Part shown: piece by piece, positions 10,272-19,462 of the stretch
How the letters are laid out: each line of letters starts with the position of its first letter
Position numbering within the stretch: the stretch's first letter is position 1
Origin: Clostridia bacterium
GTDB taxonomy: Bacteria > Bacillota > Clostridia > Oscillospirales > CAG-272
Length of the DNA stretch: 64,000 bases
Direction of reading: 5' to 3'
NCBI GenBank assembly: GCA_017550315.1
Contig: JAFZPN010000054.1
Span: 1,766-65,765 of the forward strand
Program-made: the position numbers and the translations under genes
The notes under the pieces: model-generated
Databases searched by the model: none
Told to the model about the DNA's origin: nothing
The model's input: only the letters and a program-made list of their open reading frames with translations

Positions 10272-11027
10272 ATGGCATACGTGGATTTGAACGCCGACCT
10301 CGGCGAGAGCTTCGGCGCATATAAGATCGGCGCGGATGAAGAAATCATCCCGCTCGTATCCTCGGTCAACATCGCGTGCGGATGGCATGCGGGCGATCCC
10401 CTCGTCATGGGCCGCTCGGTAAAGCTGGCCAAGGAATACGGCGTCTCCGTCGGCGCGCATCCCGGCTATCCCGACCTGATGGGCTTCGGAAGGCGGAATA
10501 TGAAGGTCTCCCCCGCGGAGGTAAAGGCGTACATCCAGTATCAGGTCGGCGCGCTCTCCGCGTTCTGCAAGGCCGCCGGCGTGAAGCTCCATCACGTGAA
10601 GCCGCACGGCGCGATGTACAACATGGCAGGCGCGGACTACAAACTGGCCCGTGCGGTCGCGGAAGCGGTTGCCGAGATCGACGATTCGCTCCCCCTGCTG
10701 GCCCTCTCGGGCAGTGAGATGGTCCGCGCGGCGAACGAGATCGGGCTGCCGTGCGCGAGCGAGGTCTTCGCGGACCGGAATTACGAAGAGGACGGCTCCC
10801 TCCGTGCCAGATCCTTCCCCGACTCCATGATCACGGATGAGGACGAGTGCATCCGCCGGATCCTGCGCATGGTGAACGAAGGCAAGATCACCGCCGTCAC
10901 CGGGAAGGACATCGACATCCGGGCGGATTCGATCTGCGTACACGGCGACAATCCCAAGGCTCTGGCATTCGTCAAGCGCATCCGCGACGCGCTCGGAAAC
11001 GACGGCATCGGCATCCGGCCGTTCTGA
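10272..11027 (+). CDS. pxpA: 5-oxoprolinase subunit A (LamB/YcsF family)
   Basis: DLNADLGESFG, NIACGWHAGDP, HVKPHGAMYN, SICVHGD; GGAGG RBS before ATG 10272. Confidence 0.92.
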   Translation: MAYVDLNADLGESFGAYKIGADEEIIPLVSSVNIACGWHAGDPLVMGRSVKLAKEYGVSVGAHPGYPDLMGFGRRNMKVSPAEVKAYIQYQVGALSAFCKAAGVKLHHVKPHGAMYNMAGADYKLARAVAEAVAEIDDSLPLLALSGSEMVRAANEIGLPCASEVFADRNYEEDGSLRARSFPDSMITDEDECIRRILRMVNEGKITAVTGKDIDIRADSICVHGDNPKALAFVKRIRDALGNDGIGIRPF

Positions 11028-11115
11028 TCGGTCCTCTCCGCCGTCAATCATAAAACGGTACCCGCATGGAATTCCTGTTTCAATAAACCATTTTATTCAA
11101 AAGGAGTATCAGCAC

Positions 11116-12396
11116 ATGGCAACGCAAGGCAAGAAAACTCTATCCGCCCGCCTGAGAGAGGTGGGCCCCGGCGCACTGGTCGCGGCCGCATTCATCGGTC
11201 CCGGCACGGTCACCTCCTGTTCCACCTCCGGCGCGAGCTTCGGCTATACGCTCCTGTGGGCGATGCTGTTCTCGGTCATCTCCGTCATCGTCATGCAGAC
11301 AATGGCGGCGAAACTCGGCATCGTCAAGCAGATGGGCCTCGGCGAGACCCTGCGCAAGACATTCCCGAACAAGGCCGCGCGCGTTCTTCTGGCGATCCTC
11401 GTCATCTCCGCGGTCTTCATCGGCAACGTCGCGTATGAGACCGGCAACGTCTCCGGCTCCATCCTCGGCATTCAGGCGATCTCCTCCGCGCTGGATACGC
11501 AGACCTGGAAGATCATCCTGGCCATCGTCATCGGTCTGGTCGCCATGATCCTGCTCGCCAGCGGCAGCTACAAGTATATCGAAAAGGTCCTGACAGGGCT
11601 CGTCGTGATCATGGGCGTGATCTTCCTTATCTGCGCCATCTGTGCGAAGCCGGAATGGGGCGAGGTTCTGAAGGGGATGTTCATCCCGAGCGTTCCCTCG
11701 GTAGACAAGGCATGGATGACCGTCGCGGCGCTGATGGGCACCACGGTCGTTCCCTACAACATCTACCTGCACGCATCCTCCGCGGCGAAGAAGTGGAAGG
11801 ATCCCGAGACGGATCTCAAGACTTCCCTGCTCGACTCCATCATCGCGATCGGCCTCGGCGGCATCATCTCCATGGCGATCATCGTCTGCGCGGCTGCCAC
11901 CATCAAGGTCAGCGGCGGGACCGTGAAGAGCGGCGCCGATATGGCGAAAGCGCTCACGCCCCTGCTCGGCAGCTGGGCAACCGTGATCTTCGGCATCGGC
12001 CTCTTCGCAGCCGGCTTTACCTCCGCGATCACCGCGCCGCTCTCCGCTGCGTTTGCGTCCAGCGGCATCCTCGGCTGGGGCGAAGACATGAAGAAGACGC
12101 GGTTCAAGGCGATCTGGGCGATCGTGCTGCTGTTCGGCGTGGTCGCGGTCTGCACCCTCGGCGCATCCCCGACGGAGATCATCCTCTTCGCACAGGCGGC
12201 CAACGCGTTCCTGCTTCCGATCACGGCGATCCTGCTCTTGATCGTCTGCAACAAGAAGAGCGTGATGGGCGAGTACAAGAACGGCGTCGTTCTGAACATT
12301 CTCGCCGTCATCGTCATCGGCGTGTTCCTCTTCATCGCCGCCCGCAACATGACGGCGTTCGCCACGAGCGTGAAAGCGCTCTTCAGCGCGGGCTGA
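11116..12396 (+). CDS. NRAMP-superfamily transporter (YcsG-like, probable 5-oxoproline uptake)
   Basis: GPGALVAAAFIGPGTVT and GTTVVPYNIYLH motifs, multiple TM helices, operon context. Confidence 0.85.
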   Translation: MATQGKKTLSARLREVGPGALVAAAFIGPGTVTSCSTSGASFGYTLLWAMLFSVISVIVMQTMAAKLGIVKQMGLGETLRKTFPNKAARVLLAILVISAVFIGNVAYETGNVSGSILGIQAISSALDTQTWKIILAIVIGLVAMILLASGSYKYIEKVLTGLVVIMGVIFLICAICAKPEWGEVLKGMFIPSVPSVDKAWMTVAALMGTTVVPYNIYLHASSAAKKWKDPETDLKTSLLDSIIAIGLGGIISMAIIVCAAATIKVSGGTVKSGADMAKALTPLLGSWATVIFGIGLFAAGFTSAITAPLSAAFASSGILGWGEDMKKTRFKAIWAIVLLFGVVAVCTLGASPTEIILFAQAANAFLLPITAILLLIVCNKKSVMGEYKNGVVLNILAVIVIGVFLFIAARNMTAFATSVKALFSAG

Positions 12397-12440
12397 TCCG
12401 GCCGTACGGTCTGATTCGAGCCATCCCGCAAAAGAAAACC

Positions 12441-12476
12441 GAAAACCCGCCGGGTCGCCCGATCCGACGGGTTTTG
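12441..12476 (+). terminator. Intrinsic terminator of the pxp operon
   Basis: aaaaCCCGCCGGGTCG...CGATCCGACGGGtttt hairpin. Confidence 0.6.
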
Positions 12477-12542
12477 TCGTGCGGCCGGCGGCGCAGGATC
12501 ATGCGCATATCCGTTTTCCTTCCGGCATCCGGATTCCCCCCC

Positions 12543-12571
12543 TTGCGCGCGGGCGGGATCTGTGCTATAAT
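12543..12571 (+). promoter_or_regulatory. sigma-A promoter
   Basis: TTGCGC-17 nt-TATAAT with extended -10 TG. Confidence 0.55.
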
Positions 12572-12641
12572 GGCAAAAAAGAGCCGTATCGCCCGGCAGT
12601 TCGCTGTGTGGGAGAATACCGTGAAAACAAGAGAGCGTACT

Positions 12642-13337
12642 ATGTAAATCCACAAGAGAAAGTCCCGCTGTTTTCTGCATAAAAATCCGTTTTCCGTTCT
12701 TGCCACCGCCCTGTGTGCATTCCTTCTTTTGGCTGCGGTCCCCTGTTCGGTTTCCGCCGTCGGATCGATGGTTCCCTTCCTTGTGCTGATCGCCCTCTCT
12801 GCGGCGGGGATCGTTCGGATCCTTGCCGTCTTCGAGCCGATGCAGACGGTCAGCTACCTCATCCTGCTGTTCTGGATCGTCCGCAATCTCTACTTCCTCA
12901 TGATGGCGCTGTTCCTGGCGGACGGACGGGATGACGACGGAGAGGCGGTCCGGGTCACGGATGCGGAGCCTGTCACGGTCCGGGCAGACGGGATTACATA
13001 CGTCGGCGTGACGACGCTTCTGACGGAGCACAATCTGACGGTATTCCTCGACGAAGGACAGTCGCTCGGGCTCGGAAAGGCGGTCGAGGTCACGGTTTGG
13101 CGGGGGGACGAAGAGGTCATGGTACGCGGCGTCGTGACCGGGATCCGGGAAGCGCGTACCAGTGAGGCGCGGACCCAGACCGTCGAGATCCTCGATTTCG
13201 GCGGTGCGCAGGAGGAATACTGGCAGCTCCTCTATGACCGGATCCCGACTCTGCCGCAATCCCTGCAGCGAGACTTCGGCGTCCTGTCGCACCTTTGGCA
13301 GAATATCGCGCACCGGGTCGCAAGGACGAGGAAATGA
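12642..13337 (+). pseudogene. Chimeric remnant: signal-peptide N-terminus (ATG-TAA at codons 1-2) fused to the C-terminal TM and PilZ-like end of a cellulose-synthase-like glycosyltransferase
   Basis: In frame with ORF 12729-13337: M*IHKRKSRCFLHKNPFSVLATALCAFLLLAAVPCSVSA, then FWIVRNLYFL...YWQLLYDRIPTLPQ, which resembles Bacillota BcsA C-termini; no GT2 catalytic domain. Confidence 0.6.
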
Positions 13338-13466
13338 CGGGCGCGCCGTACAAAACGGATTGGGAAGTTCATTCCGTCCGACGCCGGCCGTGCGGGACGG
13401 GAGACGAAGAAACCATCACGGAGATCCGAAAGGCGGAGGCCTGCTTCCGCGGGAAAGGAGAACAAC

Positions 13467-14288
13467 ATGTACAAACGGGTATTGCTGCTGTGCGATCTGG
13501 AAGGCGTGAATCACGTTGTCGGCGTCCCCTATCAGGGGCTTTCGCGCGATACGGAGCAGTGGGAGATCGCCAGACGTCAGGCCGCGCAGGAGCTCAATGC
13601 GGCAGCGGACGCGCTGTTCGAGGCGGGCGCGGCGTGCGTGGGGCTCTGGGACAATCACGGCGGCGGGGGAAATATCGACCGGGATGACCTCGATCCGCGC
13701 ATCGAATGGATCAAGCCGGAGGGACCCCGTCTCCGTTTTGCCGCGGGCAGATTCGACTGTCTCTGCTTCTTCGGGTATCACGCCATGGAAGGGACCCTCG
13801 GCGGCGTCCTGGCGCATACCATGAGCAGCGCGACGGTGCAGTTTTACAAGCTCAACGGACGGTATATCGGCGAGGTGGACATGGATGCCGCGATCGCCGC
13901 GTCCCACGGGATCCCGAGCTGCTTCTTTGCGGGCGGCAGCATCGCCTGTATGCAGGCCGAACGCGCCGTCCCCGGGATCGTGACCGTCGTGACCAAGACG
14001 GAGCTCTCGCGGAATCAGGCCGTCTTCCGGGACAACGAAGAACTGTTCCGGGACATCCGCGAGAAGATCGCGGAAGCGGTCCGGACCGAGCACACGCCTC
14101 GCCCGATCGCGTTTCCCTGCGTGATGGAGAAGTCTTTCAAGCGCGTGGAAGACGCCGCTCGGTATCTGGAACGCCTCCGTGGCCGCGGGATCGAGGCAGA
14201 GCATCCGGAAGACGACCTCCTTGGAAGGGATGCGCACACAGTCAGGGCGGTCGTACCGGATATCGATACCTTTATCGTCTGTATCTGA
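13467..14288 (+). CDS. M55 family D-aminopeptidase (DppA-like)
   Basis: CDLEGVN, DNHGGG, GYHAMEGT and LAHT metal-binding motifs. Confidence 0.85.
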   Translation: MYKRVLLLCDLEGVNHVVGVPYQGLSRDTEQWEIARRQAAQELNAAADALFEAGAACVGLWDNHGGGGNIDRDDLDPRIEWIKPEGPRLRFAAGRFDCLCFFGYHAMEGTLGGVLAHTMSSATVQFYKLNGRYIGEVDMDAAIAASHGIPSCFFAGGSIACMQAERAVPGIVTVVTKTELSRNQAVFRDNEELFRDIREKIAEAVRTEHTPRPIAFPCVMEKSFKRVEDAARYLERLRGRGIEAEHPEDDLLGRDAHTVRAVVPDIDTFIVCI

Positions 14289-14307
14289 GAACCGGAAGGA
14301 GACTATT

Positions 14308-16152
14308 ATGAAACTGTCATCGAAGGCGCGTCCGTGCCCGGCAGAGCTGGGGCAAGTGACCGTTACCGACGCATTTTTCGCGCCGTTTATCGAGAAGATC
14401 CGCACCGTCACCGTCCCCGACGTTCTGAAAAAGTTCCTCGCGGACGGCGCAGTCGAGAACTATCGCCGCGTCGCGCAGGGGGAGTCCGGCGGGCATGCGG
14501 GACCACCGTGGTATCACGGGCTGATCTGCGAGGTGATCCGCGGGATGTGCGATCTTGCCGCGTATTCCCATGATCCCACGATGCTCGACCCGCTTTCCGA
14601 CGTGATCGACGCGATCGCGCGGGCACAGCGGGAGGACGGCTGGCTGCACCCCTACGACACCCTCATGCGGCCGGATCAGGTCTGGGGGCTGTGCGGCGGA
14701 AATGCCCGCTGGCAGCACGAGACCTACGACTGCGGCTGTCTGATCGAAGCGGGCGTGCATCATTACCGGGCGACCGGGAAGACTTCCCTGCTTGCCTGCT
14801 CGGTCAAGTGCGCCAATTACCTGGCCGATCACATCGGTCCGCCGCCGAAGTGGAACATTTCGACCGAACACTCGATCGCGGAATCCGCGCTGCTGTCCCT
14901 CGACGCGCTGTTTGACGCGGAACCGGAACTCGCGGAAGCGCTCGGAGCGAAGCGGGGAGATTATCGCCGTCTCGCGCTCTTCTTCATCGACAGCAAGGGA
15001 AACAATACAAACCGGCATCAATTCCCGGCGTTTTTGCAGGAGTATGCGCAGGATCACCGTCCTGCCCGGGAACAGCGGGAAGCCGTCGGACATGCCGTGC
15101 GCGCGACGCTGTTTTATGCGGGCATGGCGGAAGCGGCGGCTGCGACTGATGACGCAGAGTTATCCGAAGCCGCCAGTGCGATCTGGCGGGATATTGCGGA
15201 AACGAAGCTCCACATCAACGGATCGGTCGGCGCGCACCGGGACGACGAGCGCTTCGGCCAGCAGTACGACCTCCCGAACGACGCGTACCTTGAGACCTGC
15301 GCGGGCGTGGGACTGATCTTCTTCGCGGACGCCATGTTCCGGCTGACGGGCGAGGCCTCGGTCTGGAACACGGCGGAGAGCACTATCGTCAATCTGCTCC
15401 CCGCAGCGGTCTCGGAGGACGGCGTGCATTATACCTACGAGAATCCGCTCGAGAGCCGCGGAGGTCAGGAACGCTGGTCCTGGCACGGATGTCCCTGCTG
15501 CCCGCCCATGCTGCTCAAGGCGGTCGGAGAGCTGCCGTCCTATCTCTTTTCGTCGGCCGGGAATCGCATCTGGATGAATCTCTATATCGACGCAGACGCA
15601 AACCTCGGAGACGCCTCCGTATCGCTCACATCCGCCGACGGCGGCAAGACGCTGACGGTACGGACGCCCTGCGAGACGACCGTTTTCATCCGGATCCCGG
15701 ATTGGGCACACGGTTTCACGCTCTCCCTGCCCTATGAAATCGAGAAGGGCTATGCCGCCGTCCGTATTCCCGCCGGGGAGACGGCGATCGGGATCCGTTA
15801 CACGGCGGAACCCGTGAAGATCACGGCGCATCCGTGGGTCGGCGCGGATCACGGGCGGATCGCGGTGAAGGCCGGTCCGGTGCTCTACTGCTGCGAGAAA
15901 GCCGTGGAAAAGTGGGAGGACCTCGATCCCGTGCTCACGGAGGATCCGCCGATCCGACAGTCCGACGGCACGCTCACCGTCCAAACCGTCGACGGCGGTG
16001 CGCTTCGCCTCATCGAATACCGCCGCTGGAACAACGCGGGCGCGCTCCCCATGCGGATCTGGTTCCGGCAGGGGGGCCTGCGCACCGATCCCCGCGACCT
16101 CACGGGCTGGGACGGCCGGCTGTACCGGGAATGGCTGGGGACGGAGGCATGA
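14308..16152 (+). CDS. Beta-L-arabinofuranosidase (GH127)
   Basis: HETYDCGCLIE, VGHAVRA, YLETCAG and CPCCPP motifs; AAGGAG RBS before ATG 14308. Confidence 0.88.
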   Translation: MKLSSKARPCPAELGQVTVTDAFFAPFIEKIRTVTVPDVLKKFLADGAVENYRRVAQGESGGHAGPPWYHGLICEVIRGMCDLAAYSHDPTMLDPLSDVIDAIARAQREDGWLHPYDTLMRPDQVWGLCGGNARWQHETYDCGCLIEAGVHHYRATGKTSLLACSVKCANYLADHIGPPPKWNISTEHSIAESALLSLDALFDAEPELAEALGAKRGDYRRLALFFIDSKGNNTNRHQFPAFLQEYAQDHRPAREQREAVGHAVRATLFYAGMAEAAAATDDAELSEAASAIWRDIAETKLHINGSVGAHRDDERFGQQYDLPNDAYLETCAGVGLIFFADAMFRLTGEASVWNTAESTIVNLLPAAVSEDGVHYTYENPLESRGGQERWSWHGCPCCPPMLLKAVGELPSYLFSSAGNRIWMNLYIDADANLGDASVSLTSADGGKTLTVRTPCETTVFIRIPDWAHGFTLSLPYEIEKGYAAVRIPAGETAIGIRYTAEPVKITAHPWVGADHGRIAVKAGPVLYCCEKAVEKWEDLDPVLTEDPPIRQSDGTLTVQTVDGGALRLIEYRRWNNAGALPMRIWFRQGGLRTDPRDLTGWDGRLYREWLGTEA

Positions 16153-16188
16153 CGAAATCAAACCACCCATAAAAACAAGGAGGACAGC

Positions 16189-17928
16189 ATGAAACCTGTA
16201 TCGATCGACATCACGCACATCCCGTTCAGCCGATACGGCGCGTATCTGGCCGTGACGCGGGACATGGACAAGGACGGTACCCATACCGCGAAGGCGCTCA
16301 CCATCCAGGCCGTACGCCGGAGATTTGAGGAGGGGCCGATGTTCTCCCTGTCCTTCGGTACGGAGGAAGCGGAGGACTTCACCTGCTCCGCCGCGCCGGA
16401 AGCCCTGACCGTGGAGAACGAACACGGAAGCGCCGTGATCTGGCTCCGGGACGACGACACGCTGGCCGTCGAGAGCCGGGGACTCGATCTGCGGCTGAAA
16501 ATGCTGCACTACGGCTACGGGACGGCGTGCGGCGAGAATACCTTCCACCTGATCTCCGCGACGCTCGGGCTGCATTCCCTGATCGCGGTCGAACAGGGCA
16601 TTCCGTCAACGGACGGGCCGATCCGCACCTATGAGGACAACAGCGTGCGGGATCACAAGACAAATCTCGTCGTGCGCTGCGAAGACGGAAAGGCGCTCTT
16701 CGCCCTCTCCGTCCACTCCCGCGAGCCGCGGCCCATTTCCCTGCCGATCCTCCGGGAAAAGGAAACCGACGCGATCCGCCGGGAATGGGAGGCCTTTCTC
16801 GCGCTCCTGCCCGACGGCGATACGGCGGGGGACTTTGAGCGCGTGACCTGGTTCAACCTCTGGTCCTGCTTTGTACGGGCGGAGGGGAATTATCCGAACG
16901 ACACCATGCTCATGTCGAAGAAGATGATGAGCTCGACGTGGAGCTGGGACCACTGTTTCAACGCGCTCGCCATGGCGCATCTGACGGACGGGGCGGCGGC
17001 AAAGCGCATTGCGATGGATCAGTTCTCCGCGCCCTTCTGGCAGCAGACACCGATGGGGGTATTGCCGGATATGTGGAACCCCGATCTCGAAACCCGCTGG
17101 GGCACGACGAAGCCGCCGATTCACGGCTGGTGCTTCGGACTGCTGATGGACAGATTCCGGTTTGACCGGGATGCGCTGACGGAGGCGTACTGCCGGCTGG
17201 AACGGTGGACGCGCTGGTGGACGGAGCACAGCGATTCCGACGGCGACGGCATCCCGGACTATCCGCAGGGCTGCGACAGCGGATGGGACAACTCCACCCT
17301 GTTCGATGGCGGCTACTTCATGGAGACGCCGGACCTGCCCGCGTTCCTCGTATTGCAGATGAAAACCCTCGCGCGGATCGCCGAAGAGCTGAAAGCCTGT
17401 CATCCCGATTTCGAGGGAAAGGCGGCGTACTGGAACGGCGAGGCGGAGGCAATGCTCGCGCGGCTGATCGCACACAGCTGGAACGGCGAGCGATTTGTGG
17501 CAAAGCGGAGCGGCTCTCATGAATACGAAGACCAGCCGACGAGCCTTTTGTCCCTGATGCCCCTCGTGCTCGGCGATCTGCTGCCGCAAGAGATCCGGGA
17601 CAAGCTCGCCGCGGTTCTCGAGCGGGACTTTCTCACGGAGAACGGGCTGGCCACCGAAATGCCGGATAGCCCGAAATACCGTCCCAACGGCTACTGGCGC
17701 GGTCCGATCTGGGCGCCGTCCACCTATCTGATCGTCGACGGGCTGCGCCGTGGCGGATACGGCAATCTGGCCCGGACCGTGGCGGAGCGGTACTGCGCGA
17801 TGTCGGCGGAGCGGGCGAAGGGCAATTACGAGAACTTCGACGCGCTGACAGGACGCGGACTCTGCGCGCCCGGATACACATGGTCCGCCAGTGTGTACAT
17901 GCTGCTGCACTGGGAATACGCGTGCTGA
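16189..17928 (+). CDS. (alpha/alpha)6-barrel glycoside hydrolase, GH63/MGH1-like
   Basis: WSWDHCF, KPPIHGW, DSGWDNS, YWRGPIW, YENFDALTG. Confidence 0.8.
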   Translation: MKPVSIDITHIPFSRYGAYLAVTRDMDKDGTHTAKALTIQAVRRRFEEGPMFSLSFGTEEAEDFTCSAAPEALTVENEHGSAVIWLRDDDTLAVESRGLDLRLKMLHYGYGTACGENTFHLISATLGLHSLIAVEQGIPSTDGPIRTYEDNSVRDHKTNLVVRCEDGKALFALSVHSREPRPISLPILREKETDAIRREWEAFLALLPDGDTAGDFERVTWFNLWSCFVRAEGNYPNDTMLMSKKMMSSTWSWDHCFNALAMAHLTDGAAAKRIAMDQFSAPFWQQTPMGVLPDMWNPDLETRWGTTKPPIHGWCFGLLMDRFRFDRDALTEAYCRLERWTRWWTEHSDSDGDGIPDYPQGCDSGWDNSTLFDGGYFMETPDLPAFLVLQMKTLARIAEELKACHPDFEGKAAYWNGEAEAMLARLIAHSWNGERFVAKRSGSHEYEDQPTSLLSLMPLVLGDLLPQEIRDKLAAVLERDFLTENGLATEMPDSPKYRPNGYWRGPIWAPSTYLIVDGLRRGGYGNLARTVAERYCAMSAERAKGNYENFDALTGRGLCAPGYTWSASVYMLLHWEYAC

Positions 17929-17944
17929 TTGGCGGCATAGAAAC

Positions 17945-17988
17945 GAAAATCCCCGGAAGCCTTGTCTCGGCTTGCGGGGATTCTTTTT
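17945..17988. terminator. Bidirectional terminator between convergent genes
   Basis: aaaatCCCCGGAAGCC...GGCTTGCGGGGattcttttt. Confidence 0.65.
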
Positions 17989-18007
17989 GTTGTAGAATCG
18001 GTCTCTC

Positions 18008-19447
18008 TCAGAACTGGAAATAGATGAACGGGTTATACGACCCCGCGGCGAGGGAGACGACGGAGAGGACAAAGACGACGAGGGAAAGCACGCACGCGGC
18101 ACATTCGGTGGCAGTCCTGCGCTTCGGCGGGAGGGCTTCGGCGCGCTTCGCGAGCTTCTTCCCGATGCCCGTCGAGAGGATGATCCCCGCGAGCATGGCG
18201 AGGATGAAGATGCCGTTGACGCTGCTGCGCTCGAGGATCATCGTCCATGTCACGGTGCCGGTCCCCATCCCGTAGCCGCCGAACATCGCCCGGAGCATCC
18301 CGAAGGCGTCCGTCAGCGTCTCCGCACGGAAGAGCACCCAGCCGATCACCACGAGGAGGAGCGTATACAGGCGGTTGAGCACCGGGATCCTTTCGAGCGG
18401 CTTGCCCCAGAGGAACTTTTCAAGGATCAGGAGGAGGCCGTAATAGACGCCCCACAGGACGAAGGTCCATGCCGCGCCGTGCCAGAGGCCCGTGAGCATC
18501 CAGACGACAGCGATGTTGAACACCCAGCGGGGCTTCGATACCCGGTTGCCGCCGAGCGGGATGTAGACATAGTCCCGGAAGAACGACGACATGGAGATGT
18601 GCCAGCGCCGCCAGAAATCCGTGACGGAGGTCGCCGTGTAGGGATCGTTGAAGTTTTCGAGATAGTGGAAGCCCATCATGCGGCCCATGCCGATCGCCAT
18701 GTCGGAATAGCCGGAGAAGTCGAAATAGATCTGGATCGTGTAGGCCAGCGCGCCGATCCAGGCCGCAGCCGCGCCGCAGGAGGATGGCTCGTAGCCGAAG
18801 ATGCCGTCCGCCGCAGCCGCCGCGACGTTGGCGATCAGGACCTTCTTGCCGAGGCCCGTGACAAAGCGCCGCAGTCCGGCGTACACGTCGTCGCGGGTGA
18901 CTTCGCGTCCGGTCAGCTCTTCCTCCACGGTCTTATAGCGTACGACCGGTCCGGCGATGAGCTGCGGGAACGCGCAGAGATATACCATCACCAGTCCCGG
19001 GTTCTTCTGCGCTTTCACATCCCCGCGGTACACGTCGACGACGTAGGAGAGGATCTGGAAGGTGTAAAAGCTGATGCCGATGGGGAGGACGATCTCGGGT
19101 ACGGGAAGTTCCAGACCCGCGATCGCGTTGAGGTTTTCGACGAAGAACCCCGCGTATTTGAACACGCCGAGGAGCCCGAGGAGCAATACAAGCGAGACGA
19201 TCAGAGACGCGCGCGCTGATCCGGGCTTTTTACGTTCACGGAACGCGCCGATCGCAACCCCGCCGCCCCAGCCGATAAGAGAGGCCGCGAGGATCAGCGG
19301 GAGATAGACGACCCTGCCCCACGCATAGAAGAACAGGGAGAAGACGAGCAGCAGCGCGTTGCGGAGGCTGCGCTTCGGCAGGAGATAATACAGCGCGAAG
19401 AACAGGGGGAAGAACGCGCAGACGAATATCAGCGATGAAAACAGCAT
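18008..19447 (-). CDS. MBOAT O-acyltransferase (AlgI/PatA/DltB-like)
   Basis: LPIGISFYTFQ, FPQLIAGP, FWRRWH, GLWHGA, C-terminal FIYFQF. Confidence 0.92.
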   Translation of the reverse strand: MLFSSLIFVCAFFPLFFALYYLLPKRSLRNALLLVFSLFFYAWGRVVYLPLILAASLIGWGGGVAIGAFRERKKPGSARASLIVSLVLLLGLLGVFKYAGFFVENLNAIAGLELPVPEIVLPIGISFYTFQILSYVVDVYRGDVKAQKNPGLVMVYLCAFPQLIAGPVVRYKTVEEELTGREVTRDDVYAGLRRFVTGLGKKVLIANVAAAAADGIFGYEPSSCGAAAAWIGALAYTIQIYFDFSGYSDMAIGMGRMMGFHYLENFNDPYTATSVTDFWRRWHISMSSFFRDYVYIPLGGNRVSKPRWVFNIAVVWMLTGLWHGAAWTFVLWGVYYGLLLILEKFLWGKPLERIPVLNRLYTLLLVVIGWVLFRAETLTDAFGMLRAMFGGYGMGTGTVTWTMILERSSVNGIFILAMLAGIILSTGIGKKLAKRAEALPPKRRTATECAACVLSLVVFVLSVVSLAAGSYNPFIYFQF

Positions 19448-19462
19448 GGCAACCTCCTCCGA

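Noticed and set aside
11116-12396. Calling the NRAMP-like gene mntH
   Set aside because: It has IGPGT instead of the metal-binding DPGN motif, and the context indicates a YcsG-type organic-solute transporter.
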